IMG/VR virus record: IMGVR_UViG_2711768052_000004
Location: 1-32,710 of that record
Source: a virus
Taxonomy: Duplodnaviria > Heunggongvirae > Uroviricota > Caudoviricetes
Reading direction: 5' to 3' (one strand)
DNA: 32,710 bases
In this document: positions 26,924-32,710 of the stretch, piece by piece
Position numbering within the stretch: position 1 is the first letter of the stretch
Layout: every line of letters starts with the position of its first letter
The notes under the pieces: model-generated
Told to the model about the DNA's origin: nothing
The model's database searches: none
The model's input: the letters and a program-made list of their open reading frames with translations, nothing else
Position numbers and translations under genes: made by a program

Positions 26924-29095
26924 CTATTGATAGGTTTTACCAATTAGTGCCAGCTCGAAATGGATGCGTGGAATCTGCGAACGTTCAGCCTTTGTCATCC
27001 GCCCTGATGGCGCTATCTGGTACGGTTTTAATGGTTCGCAGTTTCTTTGTTGCCAATTCGGTCTCGGTGCACCATGTTTTAATGCACTCCTGAGCACCGT
27101 CACAACTTCCGGGTCATCCCATCCGATAACACCACTATCAACCAGATTTAACACCGCTGCGGCATGCTCAGACGGTGTAGGGTGCATAACCGGAACGTCA
27201 CCGCCGGTGAACTTTCCACAGTTATTGACAGGACTCCGAGGCGCGGCGATGCCGCTTTTTAAAGTCAAAGGCTCAACGACCGGAACTTTCGGCACAATGC
27301 GCCAGTCCGTCGTTCTGGTGATATGAATATGACGCGCGCCGAGATGCGGCGCGTAAATGCCGACCACTCTCTCGACTTCTTCCTCGTACTCGTTAACTTC
27401 ATCCGACGGACTACGGGCGACCCTGACAGTCTGACAATCGCGCGGGACATTTGCCCCACCCTGCGCGCTGATATACAACGCAAAATCACCACTGTCTGCG
27501 GCGGCGCGTGCAGCCTCGACTCGCTCGTCAAACTCATCAGCAATGCTGACGCCGCGAGGCAATTTTCGTAGTTCACGGTAAGCCCCCATTGTCGGCAGAC
27601 CAACCGTTTTAAATTGTGGGATGCGCCACGTTGACGCCCATGCGGTAACAGCCGCAGCAGTGTCTTTCAGCGGTCTGCCGGTATCGTTATCGAGCTGACC
27701 ATCCAGTGCATAGCCATCGATGTTTTTTGAGATGTATTTCGCGATATACCCCGCAGCACCGCCCTGGTTAAGGTGTTTTGCCTGAAAACGGTTTCGCGCG
27801 GCTCCTCTTTCGTCGCCATCCTCTTTGAGCGCATAGCGACGCATGATTTCGATAATCTGGTTACGCTGGCGTGGATTACAAAAAAGCATCATATGCCAGT
27901 GCGGCGTTCCGTCGTGGTGTGGCTCGACGACACGCAAACCGTAGACCTGTAAATCATTATCCTTGAATGCCGTGCGCATCAGGCTCCAGATATGGCAGAG
28001 ATAACGCTGCGCATCCTTTGGATTAAATGCCTCATCGTTCCAGCCGTGATTTAGCTGGACGGTTTTACTTTCGCCTTTTCCGACCTGACGTGTCGGGTGA
28101 TACTTTGACGGCGCGGTAAGCGTGATAAACATCCCCACATCACCCTCTGCGGCGGCGTAACGCTCAATACCGGCAATGGTGTTCATCAGCTCCATCCGGC
28201 GAATTTCAGGATTAGAAATACTGCCCATCACCTTACTGATAAGGTCGATGCGCTCGCCGGTTTCCCTGTTTTCAAGGTCACACGATTTAAGAAATTCCAG
28301 ATTTGCCTGGCGGCGTGCACGCACATCACGAATGGCATGTTTACTGGCATAAGGAGAACGGTCTTTATTCACCTCCCCGACAGCAATCAGTAACGCCTCA
28401 TGCCAGCGCATACGCTGGCCTTTGAGCTGATGAGTCCACCACTCATCGTTAAACAGACGGGCAATGGCAGAATATGCCTGCCTCGTGGTCATCTGTCCTT
28501 TACGGTATTTTTTCCAGTAAAGCGGGGAAATATTGAAAGCACGTGCAGCGCCAGCAACATGACCATAGAGGTGAGCCTGCGCCTCATCCGTAAACAGCGA
28601 TTCTTTTTCGCCATGTGCATCCACCCAGGCATCGCTGAGTTCCTCATACATCATGAAAAGCTGCGATGAGATACGGGCGGCAAACTTTTTCAGCTCCTTG
28701 TCATTCATTCCCGGCAGGCGCGCATAGTGGTCACGCTCTGCCAGAAACAGCAACGACGCGTCGGTGTTCATTTCATGGCGCTGATTCACACGCTCAATGC
28801 GCGGCCATAAACGACGCTGAAAAGTGGATGTGAGGAAATAAAACCCGTGCACCGGGCTTTTATTGCGCCGGATGTAGTCATAGCGTGAAGTAAACAGCGA
28901 GCGCAAAAAGTAAGGCAGGCGGTTAATCGTGGATAAAACACCTTGCACCTGACGCATCTCGTCACGTGTAAGGGGTCTTTCGCGCCCGACGGCCTCGCGT
29001 GGCGCGTTCCATGCATAAGCACCGGTAAACGTCTCACCGGTGCCTGCGGCAAATGCTGACGGAGGGACAAAATGCCCGGAGGCTTTAACGGTCAT
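26924..29095 (-). CDS. A: Replication initiation protein gpA (rolling-circle nickase family)
   Basis: 737-aa ORF; likely start at the Met of MTVKASGHFVPP (ATG at 29093-29095), with 29137 as an alternative; position at the end of the early operon. Confidence 0.88.
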   Translation of the reverse strand: MTVKASGHFVPPSAFAAGTGETFTGAYAWNAPREAVGRERPLTRDEMRQVQGVLSTINRLPYFLRSLFTSRYDYIRRNKSPVHGFYFLTSTFQRRLWPRIERVNQRHEMNTDASLLFLAERDHYARLPGMNDKELKKFAARISSQLFMMYEELSDAWVDAHGEKESLFTDEAQAHLYGHVAGAARAFNISPLYWKKYRKGQMTTRQAYSAIARLFNDEWWTHQLKGQRMRWHEALLIAVGEVNKDRSPYASKHAIRDVRARRQANLEFLKSCDLENRETGERIDLISKVMGSISNPEIRRMELMNTIAGIERYAAAEGDVGMFITLTAPSKYHPTRQVGKGESKTVQLNHGWNDEAFNPKDAQRYLCHIWSLMRTAFKDNDLQVYGLRVVEPHHDGTPHWHMMLFCNPRQRNQIIEIMRRYALKEDGDERGAARNRFQAKHLNQGGAAGYIAKYISKNIDGYALDGQLDNDTGRPLKDTAAAVTAWASTWRIPQFKTVGLPTMGAYRELRKLPRGVSIADEFDERVEAARAAADSGDFALYISAQGGANVPRDCQTVRVARSPSDEVNEYEEEVERVVGIYAPHLGARHIHITRTTDWRIVPKVPVVEPLTLKSGIAAPRSPVNNCGKFTGGDVPVMHPTPSEHAAAVLNLVDSGVIGWDDPEVVTVLRSALKHGAPRPNWQQRNCEPLKPYQIAPSGRMTKAERSQIPRIHFELALIGKTYQ

Positions 29096-29360
29096 ATGAG
29101 CCAAAAGCCTCTGAACAACGCTTGCTGAGTTGCTCAACCTGCGCGTTTAAATCAGCAAAAGACTTTGCGCTTCCGGTCAGAATATCGTGATGCATCAGGC
29201 CGGAAACGAGCTGGCTTAATTTCGGGTAATAACCAACCACCGCCAGCCATTCCTGACCGGCGTTTTTACCGCTTTCCGCTCTCTTTTTCTCGTGGAGAAT
29301 AAACTGAAAGCTGTCACTGGTAACGACATAACGTTCGCCAATTTCAATACGAATACTCAT
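29085..29360 (-). CDS. Early-operon small protein (91 aa), P2 orf83-position analogue
   Basis: ORF translationally coupled to the upstream ORF (ATGA overlap) and overlapping the A start. Confidence 0.6.
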   Translation of the reverse strand: MSIRIEIGERYVVTSDSFQFILHEKKRAESGKNAGQEWLAVVGYYPKLSQLVSGLMHHDILTGSAKSFADLNAQVEQLSKRCSEAFGSYDR

Positions 29361-29581
29361 GCCGTTCTCCGGTAATGTTTGTTTTTTGCTTCAAAGACTG
29401 CCTGACAGGAAACACAACGCGTGGCTGACGGATAAGCCGCACGACGGGCAGCAGGTATTGGCGCGTCACACTCTTCGCAAACCAGCGCAGAAGCACCGCA
29501 ATGTTTTACCCTTGCCGCGTTAATCTGGCGCTCCAGTAATTCAGCCTGTTGTTCCTGAATAAAATCTATGTTGTCCGGCAT
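29357..29581 (-). CDS. DksA/TraR-family C4 zinc-finger protein (74 aa), P2 orf82-position analogue
   Basis: CEECDAPIPAARRAAYPSATRCVSCQ contains a CxxC-N17-CxxC motif typical of TraR/DksA-like proteins. Confidence 0.7.
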   Translation of the reverse strand: MPDNIDFIQEQQAELLERQINAARVKHCGASALVCEECDAPIPAARRAAYPSATRCVSCQAVFEAKNKHYRRTA

Positions 29582-29886
29582 TACCAGTTCCTTTTGTCGT
29601 TCAGTTTTTTAAATTCATCAGCGCAATAGCTGGCGATTTCTGTCGTTAATTTCGTCAGTTCATCCACGGAGGAGATTTGCTTGTGAAATACAGCGCGTTT
29701 AACAAGTAAATTGACCACATCAGACAGGAGATTTAATTCGTTCTGATAAATCGCGATAACAGACTCAGTTATTTCGCGTTTTTCTTTATCAAGACCAAGT
29801 TGAATAAGAGATAAATCGCCATTTTTCATAACGGCGATTTTTAAGGCGTTATTCAGTAATACAACTGAACGAGAACAGGACATCAA
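29581..29886 (-). CDS. Early-operon hypothetical protein (101 aa), P2 orf81-position analogue
   Basis: ORF with start overlapping the stop of the upstream ORF (ATGA). Confidence 0.6.
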   Translation of the reverse strand: MMSCSRSVVLLNNALKIAVMKNGDLSLIQLGLDKEKREITESVIAIYQNELNLLSDVVNLLVKRAVFHKQISSVDELTKLTTEIASYCADEFKKLNDKRNW

Positions 29887-30107
29887 AGCACCTCCCCGCG
29901 AGACAATCCGATATTGTGAAATTTTTCCGACTCCTGACTGAGCAGCTCGACTATCTCCACGCGGGATAACTCCGCCTTTGTGATGTGGCGAATCATGGCG
30001 TCAAGATGAGAAGAAAAGCGCGTCGCTGCGTCGGCCTGTGCTTCGGTTCTGGCCTGTTGCAGCAGTAATGCGTATTTACCGCACTGATTTTCAGAAACTG
30101 TATGCAT
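29883..30107 (-). CDS. Early-operon hypothetical protein (74 aa from ATG 30107), P2 orf80-position analogue
   Basis: ORF track gives 85 aa; the internal ATG at 30105-30107 has GGAG 6 nt upstream. Confidence 0.55.
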   Translation of the reverse strand: MHTVSENQCGKYALLLQQARTEAQADAATRFSSHLDAMIRHITKAELSRVEIVELLSQESEKFHNIGLSRGEVL

Positions 30108-30170
30108 GACTTTCTCCAGGCAAAAAGAAGCCCCGCACAATTAAGTGCGTTAAAAACTCTGGTTAATTAC

Positions 30171-30671
30171 TTAATGCAGATATTGCTCTGGTTTTACCGA
30201 CGTCAGAATTGTCGGTGCATACTCAAACAGACTGAATAATTCACGTAATGCACGGAATAAAGCATCACGCCAGTAACATGACTCTTCATTAATTCGCCAG
30301 TATGGCTGGTTGAATTCTTTTTCAGTCAATCCGGCATGCATAAATAAAGTACGACGCTGACTGACTGTTAAAAAACTAATATATGCATACTCACTTGCGC
30401 CAACCTGACGGCGTTTTGAGAATGCATCACGCAATTCATCAATTGCACATACCAGTCGTTCACGTTCGACGTCGTTCATTTCTTCAAAACGCATCGTTGC
30501 GTGACGCTGTTTTAACTGAGCATGGAAGCAAACCGTTAACCGTTCGCGCTCCATCATCTGATTATAATAATCACATGTATCCTGCCAGCGAGGAACGGCA
30601 AGATGCTTACCAATTATCCGGCGCATAGCTGCTGGCTGTTTTTCAACGAGATTGAGCGTCATCACTGTCAT
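30171..30671 (-). CDS. B: Replication protein gpB (166 aa)
   Basis: Start MTVMTLNLVEKQPAAMRRIIGKHL matches the P2 gpB N-terminus as I recall it; ATG overlaps the stop of the upstream small ORF. Confidence 0.85.
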   Translation of the reverse strand: MTVMTLNLVEKQPAAMRRIIGKHLAVPRWQDTCDYYNQMMERERLTVCFHAQLKQRHATMRFEEMNDVERERLVCAIDELRDAFSKRRQVGASEYAYISFLTVSQRRTLFMHAGLTEKEFNQPYWRINEESCYWRDALFRALRELFSLFEYAPTILTSVKPEQYLH

Positions 30672-30838
30672 TTCCATACCCTCCGGCTTTTCAGAAAGGT
30701 CAGAGCCTTCTTTAACGGACTCTGTTTTTTGGTGCGGATAATGATTCCCTTACGCCCCTTACCGTGGGTGATGGTGAAGTCAATCGCCCTGGGGCTTTCA
30801 TTACGCAATAGCTGAGCAATACAACGAGGCTCGTTCAT
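30668..30838 (-). CDS. Small early protein (about 56 aa), P2 orf78-position analogue
   Basis: ORF between cox and B; chosen ATG at 30836-30838 has AAGGTGG 4 nt upstream; longer in-frame starts would overlap cox. Confidence 0.5.
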   Translation of the reverse strand: MNEPRCIAQLLRNESPRAIDFTITHGKGRKGIIIRTKKQSPLKKALTFLKSRRVWK

Positions 30839-30848
30839 CCTTTCCACC

Positions 30849-31205
30849 TTAAGCCGCACGGCCATGTCTTGATTTGCTGTAACTAATGCGATTTTTCCAG
30901 TCATGCCATTCTGTCGGAGCTTCATCAACTAGTTGGGCTGCGTACCTGTCCCACTCACGGCGATTAATCCATAACTCAGCATGACCGCCCGGCTTTAATG
31001 GGTCCGTCATATAAAAGGCTGGTAACTTGCCTGCTTTCGCCATTTCAGCAACAGCACGAGGCGTCTTACCGATGTAAAGAGCAAATCCCTCTTTCGAGAG
31101 CAAATCCGACGGTGCGGCTGCAAGTTTGATGTCACATTTTTTACTTTTTGTGAGATCAGATACTTTTTCTCCAACATCGTTATTCATTTCTGATCCAATA
31201 CTCAT
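30849..31205 (-). CDS. cox: Cox/Apl-like excisionase and early transcriptional regulator (118 aa)
   Basis: First gene of the early operon, divergent from C; HTH-like segment FALYIGKTPRAVAEMAKAGKLP; GAGGA upstream of ATG at 31203-31205. Longer than P2 Cox as I recall it. Confidence 0.65.
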   Translation of the reverse strand: MSIGSEMNNDVGEKVSDLTKSKKCDIKLAAAPSDLLSKEGFALYIGKTPRAVAEMAKAGKLPAFYMTDPLKPGGHAELWINRREWDRYAAQLVDEAPTEWHDWKNRISYSKSRHGRAA

Positions 31206-31309
31206 TTTGATATCCTCAACTTTGGTGCCATTCAACCAGAGCTATTTGAAGCCGCTCTGCGTTGTTCTGGCGTGTCGCATGCAACATAAATTACGAGATA
31301 CGACAATTC
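31206..31309. promoter_or_regulatory. Immunity switch region (expected face-to-face promoters Pe and Pc with C and Cox operators)
   Basis: 104-bp spacer between divergent cox and C; architecture inferred from P2/186; individual promoter elements not resolved. Confidence 0.5.
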
Positions 31310-31621
31310 ATGTCAAATACACAAATCACATCTCAAGCAGAGAAACTCGCACTTATTCGGGAGTCAGAAAGAATGACAAGGAAGCAAGTTGCTGAATTAA
31401 CTGGAATTAACTACAACACCTATGCTGGATATGAGCAGGGAAAAGTAAAGATGTCTTTTGACGCAGGCATGAAATTTTTCAAGCCAGAAAGATTTCGCAA
31501 GTACCGTGACTGGTTCATGTTTGATGAAACTGATCCCGCTGGCGGACAAATAGCCCCGGCGCTCGCGCACATTGGGCAAGACTCAACAACCTTGCACCAC
31601 TCAGACCAAAAGACTGGCTGA
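31310..31621 (+). CDS. C: Immunity repressor C (103 aa)
   Basis: ORF track gives 119 aa; the internal Met (MSNTQITSQAEKLALIRESERMTRKQVAELTG) gives an HTH protein whose C-terminus GGQIAPALAHIGQDSTTLHHSDQKTG closely resembles P2 C as I recall it. Confidence 0.85.
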   Translation: MSNTQITSQAEKLALIRESERMTRKQVAELTGINYNTYAGYEQGKVKMSFDAGMKFFKPERFRKYRDWFMFDETDPAGGQIAPALAHIGQDSTTLHHSDQKTG

Positions 31622-31714
31622 CGATTTATTCAGCATATGTGTGCAGTAAATGTACGAAAGAAAATTGCATTAATTTTCAAGTAGTAGAAGTAAACAGCGT
31701 CATCGGAGGGCTTT

Positions 31715-32710
31715 ATGTCTATTAAAAAGCTCGATGATGGTCGTTATGAAGTGGACGTCAGACCGCAGGGTGCAGATGGAAAACGTATCAGGCGGAAATT
31801 TAAAACTAAAGGTGAAGCTCAAGCATTCGAACGTCATGTACTGGTTAACTACCACAACAAAGAGTGGCTGGAGAAGCCAGCCGACCGCCGAACTCTTACA
31901 GAGTTGTTAGGCAGATGGTGGATATATCACGGAAAATCACATGAGCGTGGAGATATTGAACGGGGGCGTTTGACGACAATAATCGCCAAATTTGCAGAAA
32001 TGGGAGTGTCCAGAGCTGACCAGCTAACAAAGAAAACGATAACTGATTATCGCGTTGTAATGATGAACGATGGTCTAAAACCAGCCAGCGTAAATCGGCA
32101 TCTGGCAATAATGAGCGGGATGTTCACCAAGTTAATTGACGCCGGTGAATACCATTCTCACAACCCGTTCCGTGAGGTTAAGCGATTACGTGAAGCTGTT
32201 ACAGAAATGGCTTTTTTGTCCAGTGAAGAGATTACACGGCTGTTATCCATGCTCGATGGTGATGAATTAAATGCGACTCTGGTCTGCCTTTCTACTGGTG
32301 GACGCTGGAGTGAAGTGTCTAATTTAAAAGCTGAACACATCATTAACCAGATGGTTACGTTTATGAAAACTAAAAACGGAAAGCGCAGGACAATTCCCGT
32401 TTCGCAGGACCTGATTAAACGGATCAAGACCAAAAACTCAGGCAGGCTTTTTAATGCCAGTTACTACAAAGTGCGCAACGCTCTCAGGGAAGTAAAACCC
32501 GATTTACCTGACGGACAGGCAGTGCATGTTTTGAGGCATACATTTGCCACACATTTTATAATGAATGGAGGTAACATAATCACATTGCAGCGCATCCTGG
32601 GTCATTCTAACATTCAGCAAACTATGACCTACGCACACTTTGCACCGGATTTCTTACAAGATGCTGTGACTCTTAACCCGGTGTCAGGAATGTCCATAAT
32701 GCGTCCATAA
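31715..32710 (+). CDS. int: Tyrosine integrase (331 aa)
   Basis: Start MSIKKLDDGRYEVDVRP with GGAGGG RBS; C-terminal HxLRHTFATH...Y catalytic-region motifs of tyrosine recombinases; downstream of C as in P2. Confidence 0.92.
   Translation: MSIKKLDDGRYEVDVRPQGADGKRIRRKFKTKGEAQAFERHVLVNYHNKEWLEKPADRRTLTELLGRWWIYHGKSHERGDIERGRLTTIIAKFAEMGVSRADQLTKKTITDYRVVMMNDGLKPASVNRHLAIMSGMFTKLIDAGEYHSHNPFREVKRLREAVTEMAFLSSEEITRLLSMLDGDELNATLVCLSTGGRWSEVSNLKAEHIINQMVTFMKTKNGKRRTIPVSQDLIKRIKTKNSGRLFNASYYKVRNALREVKPDLPDGQAVHVLRHTFATHFIMNGGNIITLQRILGHSNIQQTMTYAHFAPDFLQDAVTLNPVSGMSIMRP

Larger units (their letters stand above)
1..32710. mobile_element. Complete P2-like prophage (ogr to int), inverted relative to the P2 map; att sites outside the window
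   Basis: Full P2 gene order recovered across the window, with integrase at one end and ogr at the other; boundaries coincide with gene stops. Confidence 0.9.

Noticed and set aside
1-32710. CRISPR arrays, tRNA/rRNA genes, IS transposases
   Set aside because: No short regularly spaced direct repeats, no tRNA-like cloverleaf candidates and no transposase-like ORFs seen on reading the window; the only mobile element is the prophage itself.

Overview
The window is essentially one complete P2-like (Peduovirus-type) prophage, in inverted orientation relative to the usual P2 map. It runs from the stop of ogr (position 1) to the stop of the integrase gene (32710), so the attachment sites lie just outside and cannot be seen. 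The backbone is syntenic with P2 as I recall it: ogr-D-U-T-E/E'-FII-FI | G-H-I-J-W-V | S-R-lysC/B/A-K-Y-X-L-M-N-O on the minus strand, P-Q on the plus strand, then A, four small coupled ORFs, B, a small ORF, cox on the minus strand, and C-int on the plus strand. Against this GC-rich backbone, three variable slots hold four AT-rich cargo genes, and these are the main hunting result: (1) between G and FI (the P2 Z/fun slot), a 479-aa polytopic membrane protein with a lipase-like AHSHG motif; (2) between S and V (the P2 orf30 slot), an opposite-strand 357-aa protein with two predicted TM helices; (3) between Q and A (the P2 tin/old slot), a 333-aa protein with three C-terminal TM helices on one side of a cos-like site and a DUF4238-like protein on the other. 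I read these as candidate phage-defence or abortive-infection cargo; the 333-aa and 357-aa proteins have no motif I recognise and are the best candidates for something undescribed. All calls rest on reading the six-frame translations, start-codon and RBS inspection, and remembered P2 gene order and protein sizes; no database search, HMM scan or GC computation was possible, so cargo functions are hypotheses.
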